Below are positions 38,753 through 52,947 of a stretch of DNA of 64,000 bases, in pieces (the first letter of the stretch is position 1; every line of letters starts with the position of its first letter). Under the pieces are notes generated by a model. That model saw only the letters and a list, made by a program, of their open reading frames with translations, did no database searches and was not told the origin of the DNA. The stretch comes from Sphagnum compactum (Eukaryota), in assembly GCA_965153455.1 (NCBI GenBank), contig OZ234493.1, positions 27,828,213 through 27,892,212 of the forward strand, written 5' to 3'. The position numbers were made by a program, and so were the translations under genes.

Positions 38753-41700
38753 TGTCTACTGTTAATGAGTCACACTCATCTACAATGATACAATTTATTG
38801 TAGGGGGCTGGGAGTCACATGCTCTGTTACTGGTACCTTGTTTTGTTTCCTGGTGGCTACAGGATACCCACAATCCAAGGCATCCTGGTGTGGAAGTTAT
38901 ACTGCAAGAATGCCACAAGAATGCTGCACTGGGGTGATAGCAGTCACCCTGAAGCTGCTAAAGCTCACCTACTGCTGCTCGTGCTCTTTTCCCTCTAGAG
39001 CTGACCTGAAGCAGCAGGCAGGGATTATGCTTGAGCTTCAGTCCAGATAGCTTGTGCTTGCACTTGAGCCATGGTAGAACTACCTGAGACAATGGGTCCT
39101 CTTCTGACTAAAATACACAACCTCCATTTCTTAGTATTCACATTAATTTTACTGTCTTTTTCTCTTCTCATTTGGAGAATGTTTCATCTCTTAATCTTTG
39201 ATTTTATGTTCCTGCACATGATCCAAGTGACCTCAAGGGTACTCAAATTCTTTTTGTTATAACTTACATTGATAACTAATGTAAGGATGTTATTTTTGTC
39301 TCTGAATAAACTCTGTGTATCTTCAGTTTCCTTTGAACTTAATTGTCCAGTAGGTAAGCATGAAGTTCCAAATCTTGTGGAGTCAGAAATCCTTAAAACT
39401 TCATCATTTTTTTAATGAGGCACAGAATTTTAGAGCTCAAAAGAGCTGAAATTCTTTTTGTTAGTAGGTAGTTGGATTTTGGATGATTCAATGGTGAGTA
39501 GTGGACTTATAAAACTCTTCAGTCTTTTAGAGATTGGAGGTTGATAAAATATCTTTGCTTTTGTTGAAGTCATTTGATTTTTCAATGGGGTCGTTAAGAT
39601 TTTTCATTTGTCATTAAGATTGACTTGGTTGATCTAAAAGCTAGTAGAGAGTTCTGATTAATAGAGTGTCTGTTCAGATGTTTAAATTTCATCCTCTTCA
39701 AGTAAAGATCATACAAGACTCTCCAAGCTTCATAGTTGTGGAAGCAGTTGTGGACGCGTCAGACTTCATCAGTTTCATCTCTTGGCTACATGTTTTGATA
39801 AACAATTTATTTGTGGTTATTGTGCTTATTAACAACGTACCAATATCCTCATGGGTACTAAGTTGTTTAGTCTGTTTAGTAAATTTCTAGCTGTTTTCAT
39901 AATTTTTTTGGGATCTCCATTAAAGACAACACTTACCCTCTTGTGTTTGGGATATTTGTAACATCCAGAAATAATTTAAATGAATTTTGGTATTTTTACC
40001 ATGGTACCAAAGGGTGCCAGTTCACTTAAGGCAAGAGGGTACAACTCCCACAGCAATAGTGTCACAATTCATCCAATTGTGTCCTTAAAAAGGAGGTGAA
40101 ACAGTGGAAATCCTGTCACAGACATCATCCCAATGTGGGATTATGCGACCTAGCACCACCAGTACACCATCCATTGGAAACCTTTTGTGACAGTTGTGGA
40201 TGAACCACAACTGCAAACCCTCCCACAACCTAACTATCTAGGAAAGTGGGTAAGTATCATAGATAAGTAGGTAGGGAATGCAATTATGTAGGTAGGTAAC
40301 TAGGTGGCTACTAGGTAGGTAGATACATGTGAACAGAGGTAACCATGGTTGGTTATCTATGGGACAAAATAATACAATGAAGACAAGTGTTTACTGTCCA
40401 CACACCATCCATCCTGGACAGTTTGCTGTTGGTTAGCTATAGGTGATTATCCAATGAAAAAAGTATTTCCTGTCCACACCATCCATCCTGCATGGTGTGA
40501 AGGTCACTTTGCCTGCCCCATGTGTAAAACAAGGACACAGTGGAACTGTGGGAAAACTGTTAAGTGATGTGAGGGTGGTGTAGAGGAAGTTTGTGAGAAG
40601 CATATTGCTCAGTGCTCTACAACACACTTGCACACTCTTCCTGAGTCTCTTTAGAGCACACTAATACCCCACTTGCTGTACAGGATTACCCATTTGCCAA
40701 AAGGCAGTTCCTCCTTAGGAGATGTTGGCAATAAAATGTTGAGGATGTTGTCTAGATAGGTTGTATATTGAAACACACCAATCTGACAGCCTAACAAGAT
40801 GGCTTTAGCTCATGGACAGTAAAAAGGCTAGAGATCCATACCACAACAATTTCATATCACATGGATGTAACACCACATGGAATTGTTGATAGTGATACAC
40901 AGCCCTGTGACCAAAGCAATATGCCTCAAGCTCACAATGGCACCACATACTAACAGCCTCATTGAGGCCCCATGTCACAATACTTGGCACTGAAAAACCT
41001 TATGGAATAGCTGTTTAAAGGTCAATTTCCACTTGAAAGGTACTCAGATACAGTTGAGCAGCACAATAATCACATGACGGATACCCTGCAAAAAAATTCT
41101 TACAGCAAAGTTACATAAAAGCAACCCTTGTCACAGACAGCACCATAGACACACATCAGAGCAAGAATTTCCATGACACACAAGTGCACTAGGGGCTTCA
41201 GTATCCAGCAAGCAAGAAGACTAACCAAGAATTGTCTGGATGGAGAAAGAAAGCTTTGAGTAGAAAAACATGTCAAAAGCAAATGAAGGCAGCACAGTAC
41301 CTGTCCGACAGTTTTTGAAGGACCAGAGTTGTATGAACACCATATATCTACATCCCTTCTCATTCCAAATGTCCATAATTTTATTAAAGGACAAGACAAG
41401 CATAACAGGAACAAAGACCATAATTTTCTCAGGAAACAAGGGTTGAATCTCATCGCTCCTATTGATGCAAGGTGAACGAACACCTTGTTGACTGACAGTA
41501 AGTGGAATTTCTAGTGGACCTGGCAGCAAAGGGCGCTTCCTACATTTCATGAGGCAATTTGTGCGATTTCATGACTGTACATATACCCTTTGCATGTTTT
41601 TTTTCAGCTTTAATACAAATGTTAATAGTGCTTGATATCAGGGAGGGAATCCCAGAGAAGACCTGCATTTGTTCTCCTTGGTGCCCCTGTGTGAAAGCCT

Positions 41701-42018
41701 CATGTGTGCTCCTCCTGACAGCAATGGAAGCTGCTCAAAATGACAAGCAAAGGCCCAAAGTTTTCCAATCAACCTTCAAGTCACCATGCACCATGACTTC
41801 AGGATGCTGCAGCAGCATTAAACAAAGAGAGCTAACACCATGGACCTTTTCAATGACAGGGGATATTGATAACAGGAGAAGCCAGGCTCCATGATGACAA
41901 ACATCTGCACTCAGTCATGCACTCAAGCAGAGCCAGAGCTACAGACAGGGCCAGGATCATGTCCACCACAAAAGTGAGAGACCAGATGGGACGACCAGTG
42001 GGGTGGAAGGCTTTTAGG

Positions 42019-43041
42019 TCATACAACTAGGCCTTGTAACAAAGTAGAAACAGAACATGGTTGCAATTCACTTTTCTTCACAAACGGGTGAGTCAACAAC
42101 ATCTCTGCTGATGGCCGCCGCCCAGCATCTTTCTGCAAGCAACACACTATAAAGTTCCTGAATTCAGGAGAAGCATCAGGAGGTGGTGAAGGTGGATCTC
42201 CCAGGCAGATAGCACACATCAGGGTGGGCCAGTCAGGCTTCTCTCCTGGTTGCAGACAAGGAAAGCGACCTATTGCACACTCGAGAAGTGTGAGACCAAG
42301 GCTCCAAATATCAGCAGCATAGCCATATTCGCCCCCATTGCCATCTGGATCAAAGCGCTCAGGGCTCATGTACGCACAAGTACCCACAAAAGAATTACAT
42401 TGTGCTAACGTATGTGCCAGCACTGTGCTCACACCAAAGTCACCAATCTTAACCTCCTGCCTGTGGTTGATGAGCAGGTTCGAAGGCTTGATGTCCCGGT
42501 GTACAATCTTATGTTTGTGGAGATACAGGAGTCCCAAGAGCACTTGCTTGGTAACCTCAGCCAGGTATCTCTCACTGATTGTCCTGTGAAACTTAAGCAC
42601 ATCTGCAAGTGTTCCTCCGTCCATGAATTCAAGAACAAAGGAGACTTCTCCTCCACGATCAAAAACCCCATAGCACTCCACCAAATGTGGGGACTTGGCA
42701 CGGAGCAAAATCTCCATTTCTCTCATAATCTGTCTGCGCACATCAAGTTCATGCTTCTCCTGTATGATCTTGAGGGCATAGATGCGCCCAGTCCACCGGT
42801 GCACAACTTTGTAGACTTTGCCTCCACTGCCAGCTCCTAGCAGGCTCTTTCTGTCCAGGTCTAGGTCATCTAGGGACACAATTCGCCCTTGTGCCGGGAT
42901 CAAGGGAAGCCTGAACCTGTGAAGAAGGCTGTTGTTGTTGTCTGCAGATGGAGGTGGCAATGGCAGTGGCTGTGGTACTGGATCTCGCCGTGGCAGGGAC
43001 AGGGAGAGTCCTCGGCTCTTCCTTTCATTTGCTGCAGCCAT
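42019..43041 (-). CDS. Mitogen-activated protein kinase kinase, group D (MKK7/8/9-like), intronless, ~340 aa
   Basis: The first in-frame ATG at 43041 gives the docking site RKSRGLSLSLP. Motifs: GAGSGG, YALK, HRDIKPSNLL, DFG, activation loop T-LAQCN-S, VGTCAYMSPERFD. The ORF-track start at 43125 is a TTG. Confidence 0.95.
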   Translation of the reverse strand: MAAANERKSRGLSLSLPRRDPVPQPLPLPPPSADNNNSLLHRFRLPLIPAQGRIVSLDDLDLDRKSLLGAGSGGKVYKVVHRWTGRIYALKIIQEKHELDVRRQIMREMEILLRAKSPHLVECYGVFDRGGEVSFVLEFMDGGTLADVLKFHRTISERYLAEVTKQVLLGLLYLHKHKIVHRDIKPSNLLINHRQEVKIGDFGVSTVLAHTLAQCNSFVGTCAYMSPERFDPDGNGGEYGYAADIWSLGLTLLECAIGRFPCLQPGEKPDWPTLMCAICLGDPPSPPPDASPEFRNFIVCCLQKDAGRRPSAEMLLTHPFVKKSELQPCSVSTLLQGLVV

Positions 43042-43648
43042 TTGTATGTACACTCTCTGTTCCTGTCCCTCCTTCCCACTCTCTACTGCAGTGTCGGCTG
43101 TTCCTGTCTCTCCCTCCTTCGTCAACCGCAGCAGAAGTATGAAGACTCTGCTCCTATGGACGACATGGTAGGCACAGCGTGACCATCATCTGCTGCAGCT
43201 CCCTCCTCTGCAGATGCCCCTCCAAAGGAAGGACGGAAGGAAGGAATCCCCCAACTGTCTCGTCAAGGACCACCGCCACCTTGGTGTGCGTCTCCTCTCT
43301 GCCTGGAGGAGAAGGAAGGGATTGGTGTTCTCGCCACTCAGAAACTTAACATACTCCTGACCTAGCTCTCCTAGTACACTAGCTTTGCCAGCAAAACAGA
43401 CAAGAAGCTCCAGAAGAACATTGACCTGTGGAGCTTCTTCTTCTTCGCCCTCCGACTCCCAATTTCCTCCACACAGGAGAACTTCTGAGCACCGGCAGCA
43501 ACTTAAAGACGCAGATCCGAGGGTCAGTCAGGAAGAAGCTCCGTTCACGACAGGTACGGCAGTCGCAACAGCAGGTGGAGGAAACTTCCCTCCGATCAAA
43601 GAAAGCGGCCACATGTACGACGAAGAATCCGAGCTTTACCCGAAAAGA

Positions 43649-43650
<2 letters not shown>

Positions 43651-43696
<46 letters not shown>
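43651..43696. repeat. (CT)n/(GA)n microsatellite upstream of the MAPKK
   Basis: About 23 CT units. Confidence 0.95.
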
Positions 43697-43699
<3 letters not shown>

Positions 43700-45594
43700 C
43701 AATGAAACCTCAAAGGCGCTTCAAACAAGACGACTCATTTCCTTGGGTGCAAAAACTACAGCAGCGCTGCTCGCACGGTATGCTGAACAATGTCTTTCTG
43801 TCGAGCGGCAAAATGGAGAACAAAGTCGAAACCAAAGAAAAGTTGCAGCACAAGCTCTTCCGAGCAAACCGCAATAGCCAGTTTCACCAACAAGACTCCA
43901 AAGGAACTAGCTAGTTTCACAATCCAATTCCTCGTCGGCGACAAAAGGTTCGAATCCCCTCCCGCCACCCTCCCGAAGAAAAAGAAAGAGAAAGGAAACC
44001 CCCCGCACAGCCAGAGATGGACGAGATTATGAATGGAAAAATAAAACATGCGGCGAGAAAGGAATGCGCAAGAATCTGGACAACCCGAAGAAGAAAAAGA
44101 AGAAGAAGCTCTTTTCCAGCGGGAGTTGAAACCAAGCAACTGACCCAGGGGGGTGGGGGGAGGGCATGCAAAACCCTACCTGGCCGAAGAAACAAGAACG
44201 AAAACAAAGGGGAAATTTTTGTTTCTGCGCACTTTCTATGAAATTCAAGGTTGTGGAAGACAATAGAAAGAGAGAGAAAAAAAGTTGCAGGAAGTCATGA
44301 ACACACACGCCCGTTGGCAAAGCTTTGTTCTTGGCAAGCTCTTGGATCGCCGTGCAACAGACAGTAGTAGCGAGTAGTGTTATGCGCAAGCGAGGGAGCG
44401 AGCGAGGAGTTGAGAGACCGGTGAGGACACAAACGCGACACAAGAAGACGGAGAAGAAGAAGACCGAGCACCCGCCGCGCAGCAGGAGGCAAAGAGACGC
44501 GAAGAAGGCCCCTGTGGGGCCCTGTTCCAGGTGACGACTTCGACGACGACAGACGGCTTCTTTCGAGGTGACGAAGAGGACGACGGCTTCGTTTGGAAGC
44601 ACTACAGGGTTTTTTTCTTTTCTTTTCTTTTCTTTTTTCATGTTCAAAAATTGGGGAAATTTAACCAAAACAGTTTAGCAAAATTAGTCGAAATTACACT
44701 AGAAAAACAGAATTTTCCAAAATTTTCCAAGTTTCTTTATCGAAAAATGGCGAAGTTTCGCCAGAAAAAAACCAATAGGAAGCATAGTTTTTTTTGGCAA
44801 GTTTTGTTTAATAGCTGAAGTGGCAATGATCCACATGAAGATTTAGACAGATTTGGCTACAAGCTCAATATGAAAGCAATTTAAAAAAAACATTCTTCTA
44901 TATTTTAGGGTACATGCTTGAACCATGTGTAGTGAGTGATCTGGCGAGCTTTCTTTTTAAAATTTCTATTTTTGGCTATAGAATTTTGTAAAAACACAAG
45001 ATTTTAGAAGTTTTAATCTTTAATATATCATTTTGGTTATACATAGCCAGCCAAAAAGGGCTGTTTGGAAGGATTTGGAAGGCTTGCTTTCCAGGTGACG
45101 AAGTCCGACGGTTTGGTTTGGAACTTGCACTGTTTCTATTTGTGGAGAAATTTCGCAGCTTGGCGATTGAAAATGGAAAAAATCCACAAAAAAATTGTGA
45201 TTTATAGGGAAATTTTTTTCGCCATTCTTCGAAATAAAAATAATTAAATTAGCCACATCTATATTTTGGCACAACTCCTAGGTCGCCACTTGTAGCAGCA
45301 CTTTTGTAAAAATGCTACAGCCCACCTAGGACCGTCGCCATGTAATGCTAATTAATGCTGAGGATCCTGGCCAGTGCCACAGGGCCAGTGGACCTACTTG
45401 AGGAATTTGAAAAAACAAAAAACCCTGTTTGGAAGGCTTCCAGGTGACGAAGAGGACCAGGCTTGGGTGGAAGGGTTTGGAAGGGTTTGGAAGGGTTTAT
45501 TTTCAGGTGACGAAGAGGACGGCTTTCGAGGTGAGGAGTTTTCTACCTCATCGTGGGTGGTGGCAAAGCCATGTCTCTTGGAGGGGAACCGGGA

Positions 45595-45965
45595 TCCATC
45601 CAGGTGACAAGCCGGATGTCTGTAGGCTGTACAATAGAATAGGCACCTCGATTTAGTTAGCTCTAACACAGTGAAACTCCAAGAAATGAGGAGGATGCAT
45701 CCAGGTGATTATCCAGATGTCTGTAAGTACAAAATCGTCACCTCAATTTAGTTAGCTGTGAAACAGTGAAACCCAAGATATGAGGAGGATCCATGCAGGT
45801 GATAATCCAGATGTCTGCCCGGAAATAAGATTGTCACCTCGAATTAGTGAGCTCTGAAATGTGAGACTCCAAGAGATGATATCCATCCAGGAGATAATCC
45901 AGATCTCTGTCTGCAAACTTAAACTCATCACCTCGATTATGTTAGCACCAGTGAAACTCAAAGAA
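45595..45965. repeat. ~95-bp tandem repeat, ~4 copies
   Basis: CACCTC anchors at 45644, 45739, 45835 and 45929. Shared blocks TTAGTTAGCT, GTGAAAC, CCAGGTGA and ATCCAGATGTCTG. Confidence 0.9.
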
Positions 45966-48900
45966 ATCAATCGAAACTTTTAATGAATATATAAAATAAG
46001 ATAAAACATCCACCCCTTTCCAGTTTAGCTGTACCTCAAAGTTCATAATTTCTCCATTCCTAACTTTATAAGTTGTTTGTCATTTGTCTATTCCTCAAAG
46101 TGTTTTTTCCTTGACGAATTTTGTCATTTCTTGACCAAAAAAATTAGGAATCTTTTGGGTATATTTTTCTGGGTTAAATTTGACTAATTTGCTCCTTCTT
46201 TTTTGAAAATTTTGCCAAATTTTGAATATCAGAAAATTATAAAATTATAAAACCCTGATTCCTTGACCTCACTAGTGCTTTTTTTAATATAAATAATTCA
46301 CTTGTGAAATAACCTTTTGCTATAAGTTAAAAGAAATCGATTGGAACTTTTAATATACATTAAAATTAAATTAAATAAAATACCTTATATGCACCTCAAA
46401 GTTTCTTAAGTTCTTTATTCCTTCGCCCCTAGGGCTATTTGTTTTTATTCACTTGTGAAAAAACTACTTGCTTTCCCTTAATTCTTTATTCTAACAAGAA
46501 GCTTAAGAAGGAACATGCCAAAGAGTTTTGCATTGGTATTGGAGGAAAATGTGTTTCCCTTCTCAAACACTTTTTTGAGTACATGTTTAGTTTCTAGGGA
46601 AAAAAGAAGGGATCGGTTCCATAACATGGTTCTAAAACCTAAAACCCCACCTCCATAGTGCCCCTGACCTCAATTCTTCACATCAATTATAATATTAGTG
46701 CTTCTGTTGACTTTTATTGAATTGCAGTCAAAATTGATCTAAGTTTCATACATTAAATTTTAGAATTATGTATTTTAATTGATTAATTGATTTTATGTAC
46801 TTTCAACATTAATTGATTAATTTTCATGCTAGCATAATACTACTAATTTATGTTCAATAGTGGTTGTGGTTAATCAACATGGGAATAACAACCCAACATA
46901 AACTTCAAAGTGAAAACACTTCAATACAAACACAGCTAACTTGCAATCGATAAGATCAATGTGAACTAGTGTTTTAAATTCCTAATACTTCAAAGTAAGC
47001 AAATGCACAAAATAGGTTTCAATCAAGTAAACTGAAACGAGCAACCAAGTTTTAAGGTCAAATTCGATACTTGGGATCCCATCCAAAAATGAAAGTTTAA
47101 CATCCATCCATCATCTCAGAAGTTGTTTCAAATCCGTGAGGATGATGGATGACAATGTGATACATTGAGTGTGTATCCTTGGGTTAATGAATGAAATCTT
47201 GGATGCTAGCTTGGTGACTAAGAGCATCTTCCATTCAGAGTAGGTGTTGCTTCAAATGTGGGCTGCATACATCTTTGCAATATTGTTATGGTGGGAGGTC
47301 AATCATCCCAAGATCCAAAGATCCTTAACATATAATGCATAACTTTGGAGTTCATAAACTCCCAATAGCATCCAAAGCTGTGACCCTAATTTGGCTACAC
47401 AAGTGATTTTATTTTTTGCTTTTCACAATTTTCAATAGTCAAACAATTATTGATCAGAAAAAGGTCATTTAGTTGTGGATTTTGATTGCAATATCAAATT
47501 TATTGTTCTATTACCATGGTTTTTTTCAAATTTGAGATGTGAAAAGTTAGTCCAAATTTTAGCAAAAGTAATGGAATCTACACTAGAAAAACAAAAATTT
47601 CCAAATCTTTTCGTTGAAAAAACAAAAAAAATTGTTAGAAAAAATTGGCTTTTATATGCATTTTCATTGGATCTATAATTTGCAAAATTGATTTTACAGT
47701 GCTATATTATGTTCTGTATAACCCAACTTTTTAAAACGAGGAAGCATGAGTGCAGAGAAAGAGGATGAGATTGTTGTCTTTCTAACACTGAAACTTTATT
47801 GATGTTCCAATGACAGAAATTACTCAAAAATCAATATCTCCTGCACCTTAAATTTAAAATTTGCAAAATCACCTCCATAAAACCCTACTCATCAAGGGCT
47901 TGCTAACGAGATCAAGAGTTAGCCTTTTTTCTGTGCAAGATTGTGCATTGTTGTAAATTCAATGATTTTTTGACATCAAATTTCAAAATTAGAAAAAAAA
48001 GATATTTGAGAATTGCCTTTCTATACTTGGTTCAAGTAAGTAGCCAAAAACATATAAGAATTTTTTCCTTTAATATTTTAATAGCCAAATCTGGCTAAAT
48101 CAGGTTATGGAAGATTGCCACCTCAATTACATCACAAAATTGAAAAAATAAATCACTAGCAAGAGTGTGCCCCAATTTCTTTGAATTTTTTTGTTTTGAT
48201 TTTATTGAATCTTCAATGAAAAAAATCTTCAACAACTCTTGCATTGTGTGTTTAAACATTATGAAACCACCTTGGTGCACCCGTGCTCATCAAGGGCTTT
48301 CCCATGGTATGAAGAGTGTGAAAAATGGGAATTTGGGTGGGAGACCTCAACATGACAAAACAAAACAGACAAACTACCTTCCTTAGTAGTAGCCTGTTCA
48401 ATGCCCAACCACACATTTTTAGAAAATCCTTAACAATTTATTTTTGGGTTTGTTTTTTTGGGGATTTTAGGAGTTAATTGCCTGCTCTTGTGTGCTGAAC
48501 CACACAGCCATAATGTTGCATGGGAACCTACGGTTAATGTTCCTTTTGATAATAGAGAAATATTATTTTTCTTAATTTGAAGCAAGAGTTAACCAAGATT
48601 TTACTGATTTTACAAAATATCTTAATTTGATAATAAAGTAAAGACTTGGTTAATTCCTCATTTATTTTCTTAATTTGAATCTTCCTTTTCTTATCAGAAA
48701 TATTTTTCTTTTGATTTTAAAACTGAAATTTATTCAATTATTTCAAGAAAGAATCAAAATTCAAGCAGAAATAGGTCATTCATACAGACATTCGCCATAA
48801 ACATAGGACTTGTTAATTTGGGGGGAATTAATACCAATACCACCATTAGACTTTTCTCTACCCTCATTACAGTCTGGGCAGCTTCTTGGGCAAATTTGTC

Positions 48901-51900
48901 CCATCACAAATGAACGGTGGGAGGTATATTGATCTATTAAAGAATGTAGTTTGTTTGTTTTGTTTCTCATGCTGAGATCTCCCAAAACATAGTTCCCTGT
49001 CACATTCTTGGTATCATTGAAAAGCTCTCCATGAGTAGGGTGCCTCAAGTTGGTTTTGTAATGTTTAGACTTTAGACCTATGGTGTGAGAGTTGTCGAAC
49101 ATTAAATTTTTTTGAATTTTTTTTAACAAAATCAAAATTAAATACTTTAGATAAATTGGGTTACAATCTTGATATTGTTTTAAAGCCCTTGATGAGGGGG
49201 ATTTCTTGGAGGTGGTTTTGTGATTTTTAGATATAAATGCAAGGTATATTGAATTTTAAGAATCAATTGAAAAAAGAAAAAAGTTGGGTAATGAGCTCAC
49301 ACTTCGACCAAGGGCACATATCACATTAGTCCCCATAAATGGGTATTTAGTCCAGAATTATAGGTGGACCTGCAAAAATACATTGTTTGTGACACACATG
49401 TGAATTATAATCCACAATAGTGAAAAATGTGTTAATTATATGTGCATGACATGGTAAGGTAGAGCCTTCTCCTTGAGGGAACAAGGCATTAGGCCATACT
49501 ATTAAGTATAAATTATAAACAAGGAGCATTGTAAATCCTTTCATGTGTGGTGAAAAAGGGCAAAGGCTCCATTAACAGTAATATAGCTTGAAACCTGAGT
49601 TCCTGTTGATGCTTTCTTCTTTGTGGATTGAGAGGCTAACTAACACATTTGGTTCAGTTTTGAGCTTTGGTTCCACATGTGGTACAATTTGATTTGTTGG
49701 GTAGACTTGGGAATTTGCCCTTAGTCGTGTGATGTGAAGTCAATTTCAAGTCAAGTATGTTATATGGTCAAGTATGGTATATCATGTGCGACCTTTTGAC
49801 CTTGGACCCATTTCAACAAAATTTACTATCAATAAAAAACAAACTTATTATTTTTTTCCCAAATATCAGTTGTCTGTGTTGTAGGGGGTTTCCAGGGAAA
49901 AGTTGTGAAATGAAATCTCTCAATGCCATGCAAAAAGTTATCAGATCCAAATATAAAGCCTTTGTGCCCAAATTTTTCACCCCTTGTGGAAACACCTTTC
50001 CAGGAATCAGCATCAAATCCTCAAGAGTCCAGTACGGCGTGGACCACCACAACCCACTTTGCGATGCATTTGGACTACTACAAACCACATTGCCCATGCA
50101 TGTGGATGACTATGACTCACATCACACATACATTTGGTTTCTTAGTAGCCCATTTTTGCCATGAGGAGTGTGACTTGGAATAAATTCTTATACTCTCCTA
50201 CTGAAAAAGCCAAAGCTCCAATTGTCGAAACTTTTTGGCACTTTGTTAAAAAGATGGACAGATTAAAGAAAACTTTAGACAAAAGCACATGAGGGCCGGC
50301 TAAAGAGGGTCCACATCTGCAGGTTTGAGATATTGCAGGTTGCCTAACCCCACCCATACTATGAGTTATTTATGCATGCGACCAGCCACAGCCATGTCAC
50401 ATTATTAGAATACTTATCAGCAAACAGGCAAACAGGCGGCTGACCAATGTTATGAAACAGATTGCCAAGTCCAGTTTAAGACCAGGTCAGGTTCTATCCG
50501 CCTTAAACTGGAATTGGATCCGGACATGGTTGCCATCCAGACAAAATTCTCCCAATTGTCTTAGGTCCGCAGAAAACTCTTGAAAACGCAGTGCACCTGG
50601 GTAAATAAAAGCCTAGTGGTACAAAAAGGATACTTGAAGAATGGCTTAAGAGTCCAATTGAATATCAAGGGGAACTTGAAGTTTCTGCTATGGGGGCAAA
50701 AAAATATATGTATTTTATTTCCTCTCCTGCCTTCTTCCTGCCTTGGACGGTTAATATAACCAAATGCAAAAGCATGCAAAAAACTGTTCTCGCAATTTGG
50801 AAAAGCTAAATTCGTCACAAACTGTTTCGCAAAAACAAGTTACTATCTTCTCTTGTAGACGCACAGGATAATTAGCCTCTGACATGGCCTCTCTTCTCAA
50901 AGACCTGACCGACACAAGACTCGACTTGTTAAATATTATGGAGGTCTAGTCAGCACCATGCCAATGTTCTCTAGGATTTTTTCAAAATTCTCCCCCCTCC
51001 CCCCAAAATATATAGATTTTTTTTTACTTCCTCCAATATTTCTCGACGCAGCAAAAAATGCACAAAAAAATGAAAAAAAAGGGGGCCTTCGCCCTCTGCC
51101 TTCATGGGCAGAGAGCTGGCAGATTGTCTCTAGCTTGTACTAATAGCTTCATCTTTGGTCACTCCAACTCCCTATGGGGTAGTTTTGGTAGTTGATGTTG
51201 ATAGATTTCTAGACTTCTCCAAGTGCATATATGCTTTTTACTAATATCCATGTGGGGCAGAAAGGTGAGTTGCCCAACCATAATTTTGCTGTGCACAGGC
51301 AAACAACATACATCTTGGACCACTATATAATGTGCTGATTTCCTTTGCATTGTGAAGAATTTGTGCGTTCATCTGCTGACATTTTCTTATTTCATTTTGT
51401 GCTTAGTTTCTGAATTATTGGAATTTTTAGGGTGGAGAGGCCCTTTCAAGTTTTCCAAATAGTAATGGCCAACTATATTGGTTAATATTGCAACTATGAG
51501 CCAATCAACAAATAAGTCGAAATTGTTCAAAACGCACATGAGCAGCCACCAACACACCATGCGGAGTGGATGGGGGGTGACAGACATGAAATACTTTTCC
51601 ATTGGCTTCCAGTTTCCTAACTAACCACTGTGGTTAGCTCAATTTCTATTTTCTACTAACAACACACTAGCCCCCTATGTACTAACCATCTACATACATC
51701 TACTCATATAATAACCATCTGTTATCCTACCTACATGACCTATCCTTCACAACATATGGTACCAAGAAGAACCCCATCAGAAACCACATGTCAATAAACA
51801 TGTTTGACTCGTTCATATGTTCCAACCATGGTTGGTGTTTTTGTGTTTGATTATGAGATACAATGTACTCCATCAAATCTTAAAGTTACTTGTAGAGATT

Positions 51901-52947
51901 AAGCTTTTTTGCATACTCCATCAAAGTGAATAGCATTTTTTTCTTCTGTTGTTATCTTAACCCCTAAAGATCCAGGTTTTCCCAAGGTCTAAAATCAGGC
52001 TCCAATGGCAGAGATTCACTTCAACCCTCGGAGCTCCTCATAATGTACTATTTGAGGGAACCCAAACTTAGGCTATTGTAACACATACTGTAGTACCATA
52101 ATGGATTTGGCACTAATTAAACTATTTCTCAAATTGTCAAAAAAAATTATTATTGCATGAAATGTAAAAAATTCAGAATTTAGTAATGGGCAGCATGTCC
52201 AAGTCTCATGAGGCATGTCATACAATACATAAGAATCAAAAATTCATGTTAAGGGACATGCAAACAAGAACTGAGAAATGTAGCAAATGAATGGTGTGCA
52301 TCAACAATATAAATAATTTCATAATGTATGCTGAAAATATTTTAAAATAATATGGCAACACATGAGGTAAACATATATAGTACATAAATATTTTCATTGA
52401 GATCCACTCTGTGGACACAGAATCTTTGGCCTGTACGTCAAAATTTTCTCCTCCTGAAATCATCCATCAGCTCACATCAAGTTGATTCAACCTTCTAAGG
52501 GTGAATGTGGTCTCATGTTGAAACCTTGTAATAGTAGACCTTATAGTTAGCATTTTTTTGGGTGAATTTTCTCATTACGGTGGCAAAAAAATGGAAAATA
52601 AGAAATTTAGTGTAAATATTGAAAATTCTCACAAAACTTTTGGAAAAAAAAAAAAAAACCTCATAGTCCTTTCTCTTTCTTGTGCTTTTTCCTCCTTTCT
52701 TCTCTCACTCAATTTAACCTTAATTGTTTTGAAGCGGGTGCAATGTAAACCTGGGCAAAACAGAGCAAACACATTACAGAGAGCATGGTGCCTCACATGC
52801 AGCACCATACACAAAGGTGTAAGAAGTAGCTAGACAAGAAAAGAAAGTTGGAGGTAAGGTTGGAGGTGTGTAGCAGCAGCAAGACTGACAAATGGGTGGC
52901 ACTGAAATAAAATATGGGCACAATTCTTTGAACATTTCACTCACTAA

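Noticed and set aside
43945-43970. GGTTCGAATCC B-box resembling a tRNA 3' end
   Set aside because: No A-box, D-arm or acceptor pairing upstream.
43379-44818. Many overlapping ORFs of 70-213 aa
   Set aside because: GC-rich, microsatellite-containing upstream region of the MAPKK with no recognisable domain.
45595-45965. CRISPR-like conserved/variable alternation
   Set aside because: Units are diverged ~95-bp tandem copies with mostly homologous interiors, there are no cas genes, and the context is eukaryotic.
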